Positions 1 through 12,610 of a DNA stretch of 64,000 nt are shown here, in pieces. Position numbers and translations under genes: made by a program. Origin of the DNA: Felis catus (lineage: Eukaryota); the NCBI RefSeq assembly GCF_018350175.1, contig NC_058368.1, forward strand, positions 26,414,001 to 26,478,000, in the 5' to 3' direction. The notes below the pieces were generated by a model, which had not been told where the DNA came from, made no database searches, and was given only the letters and a program-made list of their open reading frames with translations. Each line of letters opens with the position of its first letter. Position 1 is the first letter of the stretch.

Positions 1-95
<95 letters not shown>

Positions 96-979
96 TCATT
101 CAGGAAACATTTGTGGGGTACTACTAGACCCTACTAAAGATTGGGAATACCACGATGGGTGAGATGGATCCATTCTCAATGCCCAATGGGCAGGGAATAG
201 CTGAATAAAGCCAATTGTGAAGGATCCAGATAGGTGTGAAAAAAATTAACCAATAACCTTATTTATACTCCTGTAACTCAGCGCACTTGGCACTCTTAAG
301 TATTCTAGGGACAGATGGGGTATAAGTACCAACTGATACAGTGATTTGGGAGTCCCAAATGATAGTACTAATAATTGCTTCCATTTGTTGAAGGCACACT
401 GGATGCCAGGCTCTATCCTAGGCAATCTACAACCACTCTTTCCACCACTCACAACTCCATGCCAGGCAAGTGTTATCAACTCCATTTTGTGGTTGGGAAA
501 CTGACACCCAGAGTTTGTTAATTTGATCAAGGGCTGGGATTCAAATTTAGACTTGCCTCATTACAGAGCCTGGGTGGTTTCCACTAACAGAATCATCTTA
601 AATTCCCGAATCTGTGGATTCCAAATAAGGTCACAGAACAGCCATTTTCTCAAAACCTTCCACACGCCAAGAACATGGGGAAGGTGAGTGCTGTGGAAAT
701 TCTCAGAATGGCGGAAGCACCACAGCAACGGTGAGCGCGTAGGCAAAGGAAGCAGCATTTTGTAATGAGGAAAGTTCCTCAACCCAAATGAAGCTTACAC
801 TTTGAAGAAATCTCTTCCTTCCCTGGGGAGCAGAATGGCACTACTGTGCCCACATGAACCCAGTCCCTGCACACCTCCTGCTCCCCTCAAACTAAAAACA
901 CAGACGTAATAAGAACAACCATCCACAACCCCTCTAGGTCTATTTGCAGGTACGGCTTGGTCCTTGAAATCAAACCGAT

Positions 980-1190
980 GGGGGTGTCTGGGTGGCTTAG
1001 TCAATTAAGCGTAGAACTTCAGCTCGGTCACGATCTTACGGCTTTTGGGTTCGAGCCCCGCGTCGAGCTCTGTGCTGACAGCTCAGAGCCTGGAGCCTCC
1101 TTCAGATTCTGTGTCTCCCTCTCCGTCTGCCCCTCCCCTTCTCGCACTCTGTCTCTCACTCTCTCGTGAATAAGTAAACATTAAAAAAAA
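980..1190 (+). mobile_element. CAN-SINE (SINEC)
   Basis: tRNA-like head, CT-rich region, A tail; TSD AAATCAAA(C/T)CGAT. Confidence 0.92.
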
Positions 1191-1409
1191 TCAAATCGAT
1201 CAAGGAAAAACTATTTTTTTTTGAGAGAGGCGTCCAAAAAAACAGTGATCTTCTCCAATAAAAAGGGAGATGTTAGAGTGAAGAAAATAACTCACTAACA
1301 TTTCCTCACGTGTGTGAGCCAGAAATAGGCTGTTACCCACGTCAATACAAGAACTCATTTTATTATAAATAAGGCAACAATTCTTCGGTTCTCAGCTTAC
1401 CTGTTACTT

Positions 1410-1672
1410 TCTGAGACAGCCTTCTCTCTTCTACCTCAAGTGGGTTCCCTTACTACTTAAATTGCCATGTATGTTTTCTTCACAGCATTTATCCCAGTTT
1501 GTATCTCATGTTTATTCTCATGATAACGTGTCTACTGTCTGTCTCTCCACCGGACCCTACCCCACCAGGGCAGGCACTGTGTCTCTTTCACGTGTCAATG
1601 TATATAGCAATGCCTAGCACAGGACTTAAACATAGTAGGTGCTCAATAAGTGTTCACTGAAGAATGAATAAG
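1410..1672 (+). mobile_element. L2 3' end fragment
   Basis: ...GCCTAGCACAGGACTTAAACATAGTAGGTGCTCAATAAGTGTTCACTGAAGAATGAAT resembles the L2 terminus. Confidence 0.75.
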
Positions 1673-4553
1673 CACACCAACGTCATTAAATATGGCTTCT
1701 TAGGTCAAGCAGAGTAAAGACAGGGTCTAGGAAGGATATTACCTTTTTTTGTAAATACTTCCTAATTGGTGATAGGGTTATCCCTGACTCTCTCCACACC
1801 AGAGCAGAGATTAAAGTGTTAGTGGCAGGCAGACTCCAAGGATTAAAACCCTTCGCTTCTCTGTCCTCGACGAGCTTGCTTCCACCACCACGCCTGCACA
1901 AACAAATCGCACTGCAAGGGAATGGGTGCCCGCTCTTGACCAGACAAGGACAAAATCAGTCTTACGTAACTGCGTAAGATAACTTGAACCAGTGTTGTCA
2001 CTGTGTCATTCTTTGGCACTCCACGCCAGGTCAAGGCCAGATCACGTAAATAACAGAGATATCAAATAAAGTTACCTGAACAGAGTGCGGCACTTACCCC
2101 GTCCCCACCCTCTTTCACTAACTTCCTAACCCATCTGTCACGGTTGACCACAAACCAGCTCTGTTGCTGTCATCCCACTAACGCTGTATAAAAAGCTCAT
2201 TGATCTCCAGCAAAGCCAACAAGTGAATTCAGGAGCCTGTAAATGAATTACTGGCCGGGTGCAGATAGCAATGGCGTCCATTATTTTTCCTTTGCGGAAA
2301 AACACAAATTATCAACACGCAGAGCTTGGACTATATAGTACCAAAATCTGTTTGATGGCATTTTCCAGTGACTCGATATGATCTGGGGATTTTCAGAGCT
2401 CAAGAACACCAATATATCCTTTTTTTTTTGAGAGCTCTGAATTCCTGTTTTGGAAGCCGGTCCCCAGCACAATCCCCTTGGGGCAATTCACCTAAGCCTG
2501 AATCTATGGCTGGTAAAGGTAAGGCAAGCAGCAGAATCTTGCAAATGACATGGTTCATTTCAAACAGGAGTATGTTGCTTCCCTCATAATGTCAGGGGCT
2601 CATTTCCCCCATGATTATATACTAGCAGGGTAACTCAGAACGCTGAACTTTAAATCCCCTTCATCCTGGAGAAGAAGTTACTACCGTATAATCACAAAAT
2701 GATTACTTCTTTGTTTTTTGGATATATCTGCTATCTGGGAGAATAATATCGATTTGCTCCACAGCTATTAGCTAATGAAGTACTGAAGCATCTGCATACA
2801 ATTGAAGGGGTTTATTTCCGAATGCTTATGCTAATTTTTCAGTTCGAATCTGTTCATATGTTCCCAATTTCCTCCCAAACAAGTTATCTCTTGCAAGTTA
2901 CTTCTTTCAAAGTATAATTGGGTTTGACCTGTAATTAGGAAAATGAGATTTAGGGCTTAAAGTACTTCGGTTTTCTTTTTGGATGTTGGCCTATTTACAA
3001 TAAAGTTAACCAAAGGGCTCTCCTAGCCAACTGAAAATAAACAGACACCGTGGCTTGGTTTGGGAGCCTTTCATTACAAATGTAGTAGGGCCCTTTGAAC
3101 ATCCTCACAGGTACCAGGCACTTCTGAAGGGCCCCAAGCCATGGTATATCCGAACCTATTAAAATTCACTCACACCATAGATTAAACATTCGTCCTAATG
3201 TAGCTTTCAAAGTTGAGTTGAGTTGAAATGAGAACAACTACATTTCCTAGATGTTTAAATATTTTCCTCCAATTTTTAAATTTTCTTTTCTTATTTTGAA
3301 GCCACTAACTCGCCCTCTCCCCTCCCCCAGGTCTCAAACACCTTCTAATGGTCTTGAAAAGCTAAAGGTGGCCGACCTTGAGTTCACCAAGCCGGGATGG
3401 ATAACTTAGCTTTGCAAATCAGTTACCGTGTTGCTACTTTTGCAGTGGGATATGTTGTCAACTGAGTTTAGTTCATAACTGTTAGTTCTGTAGTTTCTTA
3501 GTTCATTCAAAAGAACCACACAACTGGAGATTTTCAGTACCTCAGCTAGTCTGTATGGTATCTAGGAAGAAGTGACCTCCTAGGGATATAAAACCCTAAG
3601 TGCTTTAACACCGATTAAAATTTGTTTCTCAAGGTCAATTTAGACAGCAAGGTTTGTTTTTCTGAGTAAAAAGAAATAGGAAAAAGAGATCTATGTGAAA
3701 AATGGTTCCAATTCACTGGTATATTAGCATGTTACTGTTCAGTCACAACTAAATGATCTAACTCCCAATGAGAGAATTTCCAGCATAAGTTAAGCCTGGA
3801 ACTGTGGATAAAGCTCTGAGTAGAACAGAGTTTGATCCTAAGATTTCTCTGCCGTGGTACTGCTCAGTTTTGCAAGAATTCTGGTGTGATCATTGCAGCT
3901 CTAGCTTTTTGCTCAGTTACTCAAACCAGGATCATTTCTTTGGCTAAAAGGAAGTGCCTCATCAGGTCTGCGAGCTTTTCCAGCCAAGCCCAAAGCTTCA
4001 GCTGGACTTCACTTAAGTGTCTGGGGTAACAGATTCCAGGCATCTTGAGCTCACAGACTTGGAGACCAACACTGCCCAACAACTCATCCCGGGCATGCCT
4101 CTGAGTGTCCAAACTCACGGACCTGGCATTTTCTCTTGAAGACATTCTGCTTTGCTAAAACTAACCCTGGTGCATAAGGCACAGATTTTACTTTAAAGTC
4201 CAGTTACAAAGCTTTAGTCTCCAAAGTTCTGGATCATACCACCAGGATGAGCCAGAATTTACAGGGTGAGCAAGAGTAACGTTGCATTTAAACTTCAGCC
4301 CGGTAGCGAGAGGCCTCCCTGGAGAAGAGGAGAAGGAGAGAAAGGAGGATGGAGGGAAACATGGGTCTGAACCTCATTTCGCACTTTGCGCCCCTCCAAC
4401 TTATTCAGCGCCATAACAAAGAGGCTGGAGGGGAAACCTTATCCTGGTGGGCGTCTGTTGAGGGTGGAGGCCAGGAGTCAGAGCTTGGAAGGGGGTGATG
4501 ATAAGAGGCCTCCATTTACCTGCTCATTCATTCATCGAACCTTCTAGCACCTA

Positions 4554-5720
<1,167 letters not shown>

Positions 5721-7012
5721 CAGGACCCTTCTCAAGTACTGCGGAAAGGGCTGGAACTCCCCAAGGATGCGGATAAGTGGGTGCGAGGATGCAGTGGGCT
5801 CGGTCATCTCGCCTTGGTAGCCGAGGGCCTTCCATGGAACACTGGCAGCAACCGTCAGCTTCTGAGTGGAGGAAGGTCCTAGGCCTGCAGCCCAGCCAGA
5901 TGTGGCGGTCACTACCCTAAAGTGGACGGATTTGACCAGCTTAGGCTCCCCACCTGCCTGGAGCAGTTTGGCCCTCCTCCAGCCACCCGCGTCCCAAGGG
6001 CTCTGAACTGGGAGCTTCCCTGCAGCGGAGGGATAAAAACTGAAGTGTATGTGACCCACAGACACTGGTGTTGGGGCCCTACAGATTGCCTGGTGGGCGG
6101 TGGGGGCAGGGGGAAAGGGATTCAGTCCCTCACTTTTCCTTGTGCCGCATGAACCGAGGTGAGCTCTTAGAAGCTCAGAAGCGTTGAGGAAAACGGGGAA
6201 CTTCAGCCTGGAAGGTCCGGGGCAGCAGGAAGCGGAGGGAAGAACGGAGGCATTAGGCTTGGCTTTGGCTCGCGCACCCCAGTGCTTCCCTTGCAGGCAT
6301 CTGTGGCCGGGCTTCTAAAGGTTTTGTGTGGAGAGAGTGTCCTAGTGTCAGTAGGAATTTAGGGGAAGTTCCTTCTTTCTTTTAAGGGCCCTTTATTAAG
6401 CTCATCCTCGCCCTCCTCCCCATTTCTTGTTGTCCCAGCTCTGATACGAGCTGTTTTGGGGGGTTGCTTTCGGCAGCCCAGAAGAAGACAATCTACCTAG
6501 CAGTTAGTAAAGTCTGGCCACGACTTTTCTGGCTCCAGAGGTCAGTTGAGTTCGCAAACCAGTTCCCGCCAACATCTCCACCATTCGTACAGAACTACAA
6601 ACCAAGCGGGCCTGTTATCGGAACACTTGTGCTTTTAGTAACTCTTGACTCTTTGGATGGGGAGAGAGGGCCGTCCCATCCCCCACCGTGGTGTGAAGCC
6701 CAGAAAGTTCCTCTCCCTGACTCACTTTTTACAAATCTTGTCCACATTCCCGCGGAGGAGGCGGAAGGTAAGTCTCCGCCTGAATTGAGCACAGACCTGG
6801 TTCTGGGGAACATCAAGGAAAAGATACGGGCAGAGATGGTTATCCCTTTGGGCCTGCAAGGAGAAATGTGTTCTCACCTGAGAGAAACCTGCCTTCCTAC
6901 AGGCTCAGGTGAACCCCTTGTCTGGGAAGAAATTCTTGACCCCTAATGCCTGCTCGATAGCGGCCTTATGCTTTGTTTTGGTTTTTTTTTTTTTTTTGCA
7001 TCATTAAAAAAG

Positions 7013-7223
7013 TTTTTTTAAACATTTTTATTTTTGAGAGACAGAGAGAGACAGAGCACGAATAGGGGAAGGGCAGAGAGAGAGGAAGACACAGAATCTG
7101 AGGCAGGCTCCAGGCTCTGAGCTGTCAGCACAGAGCTCTATGTGGGGCTCAAACTCGTGAACCATGAGATCGTGACCCGAGCCAAAGTTGGACGCTCAAC
7201 TGACTGAGCCACCCAGGCACCCC
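7013..7223 (-). mobile_element. CAN-SINE (SINEC)
   Basis: T tail, GA repeat, ends CCACCCAGGCACCCC. Confidence 0.92.
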
Positions 7224-7249
7224 TAAATGTGTGGTTCTAATTATACAGC

Positions 7250-7600
7250 AGAGGCTGCATACCCACAGTCAACATGTAAATGAAATAGGCTACGCAGTGA
7301 AAAGTAAGGGTTTTTCGTTGCCCTTCTCACTAATTCCCACGGGTCCTAGGTGACCCTTCCAGTATTTTTTATTCATATACAAATACCCCTTAGGATGATT
7401 GTATAGAATTTGTTGAATTATTGCTAGGCAGTTATTTCCAGTGTGTGTGTGTGTGCGTGTGCATGTGTGTGTGTGTGTTTGTCTACAATGCTTTAGTGAA
7501 TATTCCTGCACATCTACCTTTATGCACTTGCACTTGTGCAAGTACACATGTGCAACAGATGGCTGGGAGTGACACTGCTGCACCTTTTCAAGTCCTTTGG
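7250..7600 (-). mobile_element. Old L1 (L1ME-like) fragment with embedded (TG)n
   Basis: Resembles antisense L1M 3' region (AATGCTTTAGTGAATATTCCTGCACAT...); TG repeat 7441-7478. Confidence 0.5.
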
Positions 7601-8222
7601 TAGAGTCACTGCTGCTGGTTTGGGACGGGTCCATCGGCCGTGACTTGCACCCTACCCATCTGGGCCTCCCCTCCTGTCCCCACTCTGTAGATCCCAGTCC
7701 TGTTCATTGCCTTGAACATCAGCATTATTTGCTGAGAAGGGTCTTCCCTCCCACCCTGGCTTCTGTCCCTTCCTACCCCACCGTCAGGCTGCCGTGAACT
7801 AGAGGTTGAGCTGGCTCATCCCCTTCTACAGGGAAGCTGGGGCCAAGGTCTGAAGCTGTGTCCCTGGAGTTCCAGAGTGACCCCTGGGGTAAGAAGGAGC
7901 AAGGCGTGGGGTCATCTTGCGTTTTGGAGGTGGGAGGACTTAAGAGAGGAATGGAAGCTTGATCAAGAGCCGGAAGTCCCCTTGGCTGAATTCGTGGTGG
8001 CAGCAGGAACTTTAGGGCACACGAGTGGCGCTCAACCACAACTTCTAAAATGGCTCTGGGTGAAGTTGCAGGAAGCTGCCCAGTGATTAAAATTTAATTT
8101 GGGCTCGTGATTTTTTCAGCCTGTAGAGCAGGAATTCGAATAAGCCCCATGTCCATCCATCACGAGTCTGCCCCGCTTCGAGTGCTGGGGTTTGTGACTG
8201 TAGGCTCTAGGTTTTACCCATC

Positions 8223-8436
8223 TTTTTTTTTTTTTTCAACGTTTATTTATTTTTGGGACAGAGTAAGACAGAGCATGAACGGGGGAGGAACAGAGAGAGG
8301 GAGACACAGAATCGGAAACAGGCTCCAGGCTCTGAGCCATCAGCCCAGAGCCTGACGCGGGGCTCGAACTCCCGGACCGCGAGATCGTGACCTGGCTGAA
8401 GTCGGACGCTTAACCGACTGCGCCACCCAGGCACCC
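8223..8436 (-). mobile_element. Young felid SINE (SINEC_Fc type)
   Basis: Near-consensus body retaining CpGs; TSD TACCCATCTTT. Confidence 0.95.
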
Positions 8437-8626
8437 TGTACCCATCTTTATAAATGATGTATTATCAAAGCACACAGATGCTACACTATCGGGTTGTGAT
8501 GTAGTGGCTACCCGTCACCTTTCTGTGGCTGACCAGCGTGCAAATCTCCTTTCTACTTGGGGGACTCCCCCGCCATGTGAGAGTTAGGACCCTCTTTACC
8601 ACTGTGGGAGCCCACTGGGACAGATA

Positions 8627-9096
8627 CGGCATACCTTGTGTGATTGTGCTCTGCCATATTATGCTCTGCGGATGTTACGCTTTTTACAAATTGGAGATTT
8701 GCGGCCACCCTTCGTCGAGCCTGTCTATTGGTGCCATTTTTCCAACAGCGTTTGCTTACTTCATGTCTCTGTGTTGCAGTTTGGCAATTCTTGCCATATT
8801 CACACTTTTTCACTATTTTATGTGTTACAGTTATCTGCGATCATTGTTTACAACTCAGTGAGGGATCACATGATGGTTAGCATTTTTTGGCAATAAAGTA
8901 GTTTTAAAGTAAGGTATGTGCTTTGTTTTATTTTTGGATGTAATGCTATTGCACACTTAATAGACTACAGTATACTGTGAACATAACTTTTATATGCACT
9001 GGGAAACAAGAAATCTCATTTGACTGGCTTTACTGTGATACTCATTTTATTGCAGTAGTCTGGAACAGCACCTGCAGTATATCTGGTGTATGCCTG
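8627..9096 (+). mobile_element. Internally deleted Tigger1 (TcMar) DNA transposon
   Basis: Left end TA|CGGCATACCT and right end GTATGCCTG|TG. Both subterminal arms match the recalled Tigger1 consensus (TTTTACAAATTGGAG..., GCACACTTAATAGACTACAGTATA...) with the transposase region absent. Confidence 0.88.
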
Positions 9097-9639
9097 TGGT
9101 TGGTGGGGGGTGGGGGCGGTGAGGCCCAGATTGGCCAATCATATGCTCCTTTTGGAACTTCAAATTTTGATCAAACAGCACAAAAACCAAGGGACCAATC
9201 AACGTTCACCCTGGCGGTGGGGTACCCAAGAGGCAAGCAGCATTCAGCACCGGAGGGGGCGGCGGTAAAGGCGGGGGGTGGTAGAGGGGTGGACCCCACT
9301 TGATTTGTGGTACCTGAAATTCTTAAACCCCCCTTCTGCTTCTATTGGTCAGAGTTTGTGTTGTTTGCATCCAAGAACCCTGACTGACGTTCATGGAAAC
9401 AGACAAAAACCCAGAAGGTCCTCCTTGGTCATTTCCCTTCCAGATCTGGAATGATTGCCATGTCACTGGAAGCCCTCAGACGTTGTTAGCCAGCGGTCTT
9501 TGACTTGTCTCGCCGAGGGGAACTGAGGATAGAGGCCTTGGTGACAAGTGTTGTGGGTGGCCAGTTGTGAGTATGGATGGGGCGATTGACAGACACACCT
9601 TGCTTCAACAAAACCAGCAAATCACCAGCCCTTCGAATT

Positions 9640-9685
9640 AATACTTTGTTTCTTCTTCATCCAATACTTTGTTTCTTCTTCATCC
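9640..9685. repeat. Perfect 23-bp tandem duplication AATACTTTGTTTCTTCTTCATCC x2
   Basis: Two adjacent identical copies, 9640-9662 and 9663-9685. Confidence 0.9.
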
Positions 9686-10234
9686 AAATCATTTCCACTA
9701 CTGCCGGAGTAGAGAAAAATTTGGCAGATCTCAACATCATCTCCTTTCGCACATGTTAGGTTCTGGTGCCAATGTTCACGAAGGTGTCTCAACGGTAGGC
9801 AGAGAAAAGAAGAGAGCTGACAGCCAATGTTATCTGCTGCACGCGCTGGAATCAACTCAACGCATTAGATTATGATTTCGTGGACTCACGCCACATTGTC
9901 ACTGGAAAGAAACTCAGTCGTTTGCTGTGTTTACTGAGCGTCTACTGTATGCCAGGCACTATTTTAGACACTGAGAATTCGATGATTGATACAAGAGCTT
10001 CTGCCTTTGGGGAGTTCTCAGTTGTGTGGGGGAGACGAAGAAGTAAACGTTTGGAGACTGCCCTAATTTCACAGATTAGCCACAGCCTCGGAATTGCAAA
10101 GCAATTTGGAGCAGAACTGAAAGCCGAATTGAGGCCCCCTGACTCCCCATTTTCTCAAAAGAAATATTTACTAGGTAAACTTGGAGACAGGGTGACAGGG
10201 CCAGGCTTTGGAGCATCTTACATGTGCACAAAAA

Positions 10235-10235
<1 letters not shown>

Positions 10236-10278
<43 letters not shown>

Positions 10279-10290
10279 GCACCCACACGC
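10236..10290. repeat. Compound (TC)n(AC)n microsatellite
   Basis: Seen directly. Confidence 0.9.
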
Positions 10291-11329
10291 AGGAATGCAC
10301 ACCTGTGCATGCATACATGCATACTGCAGAACAAAGATAGATTCCATTTCAGACCTCCAAGGCTTGAACTTCGGTCCATAAGTGGAGGTGGAAACAAACT
10401 TTAGCCATTACGATAACTGTCATTCCTTGACCCCAGAGGTGATCAGATTAAGCCTTAAAATGCAAGATGTGATTACCCATCTCCAGTCTGTAATTGGCTG
10501 GCCACATCTGTTATTACTGGCAGTAGAACCTTCATATCCCAAGGGGAAAACACATACCCTGCTACAGTACTTTCCCTAATGACTTCCCGTGGCAATCCAC
10601 ATGTGGCTGAAGACATGTGAGGTGATTCCACATGTCTGAGCCCAAGTAGTGGCCGTGTATCTCCCATGAGCCTGCCCCTGCTAGGATCTCAGTGCTTTCA
10701 GCACAGAGCTACCTTGTTTCAGTTCAGTTGGGTGCATGTTTTTAATGGCTGGAAGAGTTTCCTGGAAGGGAAGAAATAACATCAGGAATAATATCTAACG
10801 TTTCCTTAGCACTTCCTGAAGAGCCGGACATTGCCAAGTATTTTACACGCACTTTCTCACTTCTTACACAACCCAGTAGGTACAAGGGGCCTGGACACAG
10901 ACAAATCCTCCACTTACAACTTTAGTGATATGTGTCTTTTCTAATCTATAAAATGGGATACAGCAATAATGCTTATTAGGATTGTTTTGAGACTAGGTGC
11001 AATCCACGTTAAAAGCAGTAAGAGGCTGGATCGTGGTTCTTAATAAATGTTAGCTACCGCTGTTATTGTCTCCATATACCATTGAGGCAACAGGTTTATG
11101 AAAGATAGGTAACTTGCCCAAGGAAGGTCAAGACCACGAGCCATAGTCCCTGCCTTCAGATAGTTTGGAGTGTTCTTCAAGTACTTAAACACTACTGAAT
11201 GTCTCAAGTCTGGATGAACACAAGAAGCCATTGAATTGAGAGACAGAACATGTGGACAATCTTTCCAGGTCATTTCTTTTTAATTACTTTAAAATCTGAA
11301 AAAAAAAAAAATTCAAGCGTTACCATATC

Positions 11330-12130
11330 AAAGAGAAGAATTGGTCTTTTTCATCTCTGACTCTAAAGTTCAAAGCAACCACTGTGTGTCTTTTCTATGT
11401 AAATTCAAGCATGCATGCATAATACACTTTATATATGCACACATATATATTTAAATGAGCTCTTTACAAAATCCTTTTAATCTCCTCTTGAAAATCTCAA
11501 AGAGTACAGGGCGCCTGGGTGGCGCAGTCGGTTAAGCGTCCGACTTCAGCCAGGTCATGATCTCGCACTCTGTGAGTTCGAGCCCCGCGTCGGGCTCTGG
11601 GCTGATGGCTCAGAGCCTGGAGCCTGTTTCCGATTCTGTGTCTCCCTCTCTCTCTGCCCCTTCCCCGTTCATGCTCTGTCTCTCTCTGTCCCAAAAATAA
11701 ATAAAAAACGTTAAAAAAAATTAAAAAAGAAAATCTCGAAGAGTATCATATTATTCAATATGATCTGTGCCTTATTTTTGTTTTTTTCAGTTGGTAGTAT
11801 ATCACGGAGGTTGATGTACATCGTCTAGATCTATTTCATTCTTTTAAAATGGCTGCATGGTATTCCACTGCATGGAGATATAATAATTGATTTAACCAAT
11901 CCCTTATTGACGGATATTTAGATTATTTCCAGTTTTTCCCTACTATGAATCAATGAAAAACCTTGTGTAGGTGTTTTTGCAAATATGCATGCATCTATTT
12001 GTTGGAGAACTTCCTAGAAGTATAGTTACTGGGCCAAAAGTTATGTGCACAAATGTGTAATAGATATTGCCAAGTTATCTCTGGAGAACTTGTATCAATG
12101 TATACTCCTCCCATAATGTATATAACTGTG
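11330..12130 (-). mobile_element. Old L1 (L1ME-like) fragment interrupted by a SINE
   Basis: TTCATTCTTTTAAAATGGCTGCATGGTATTCCACTG...TTTAACCAATCCCTTATTGACGGATATTTAG is typical of antisense L1M 3' sequence. Confidence 0.7.
11509..11728 (+). mobile_element. SINEC_Fc-type SINE
   Basis: Full body; TSD GAAAATCTC(A/G)AAGAGTA. Confidence 0.95.
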
Positions 12131-12390
12131 TTCAGGCTATGATTTCCGAGTTGTATGGCCGTAAACAAAACAATCCTGGGTAAAGAGCATTGCTTCATTT
12201 TATTTCTTTATATTTACTAGATTGAGTGCTCTGCTAATGAGGCCAAGGTCATGAATTTATCCACTAACTATTCAATTAGCTTTGCTGTCACTTTAGTCAA
12301 GGTTAGTTCTTTCCATGTTCTGTGAGTCACAATAGAGACTAGAGTAGAAAATGGACAAATAGGCAATATTCTTGACCATTTCTGGATTTA

Positions 12391-12610
12391 TTTTTTTTAA
12401 TTTTTTTTAACGTTTTATTTATTTTTGAGACAGAGAGAGACAGAGCATGAACGGGGGAGGGTCAGAGAGAGGGAGACACAGAATCGGAAGCAAGCTCCAG
12501 GCTCTGAGCTGTCAGCACAGAGCCCAACGCGGGGCTCGAACCCACGGACCGCTAAATCATGACCTGAGCTGAAGTCGGCCGCTTAACCGACTGAGCCACC
12601 CAGGCGCCCC
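12391..12610 (-). mobile_element. CAN-SINE (felid)
   Basis: Full body; TSD ATTTCTGGATTT. Confidence 0.95.

Noticed and set aside
2183..2196. TATAAAAAG TATA box in the intron (+ strand)
   Set aside because: Isolated motif with no supporting promoter context.
9880..10404. 174-aa ORF and other 100-170 aa intergenic ORFs (e.g. 24767-25237, 27600-28073, 55817-56272)
   Set aside because: No recognisable homology; they span L2/SINE/microsatellite sequence or have chance-level composition.
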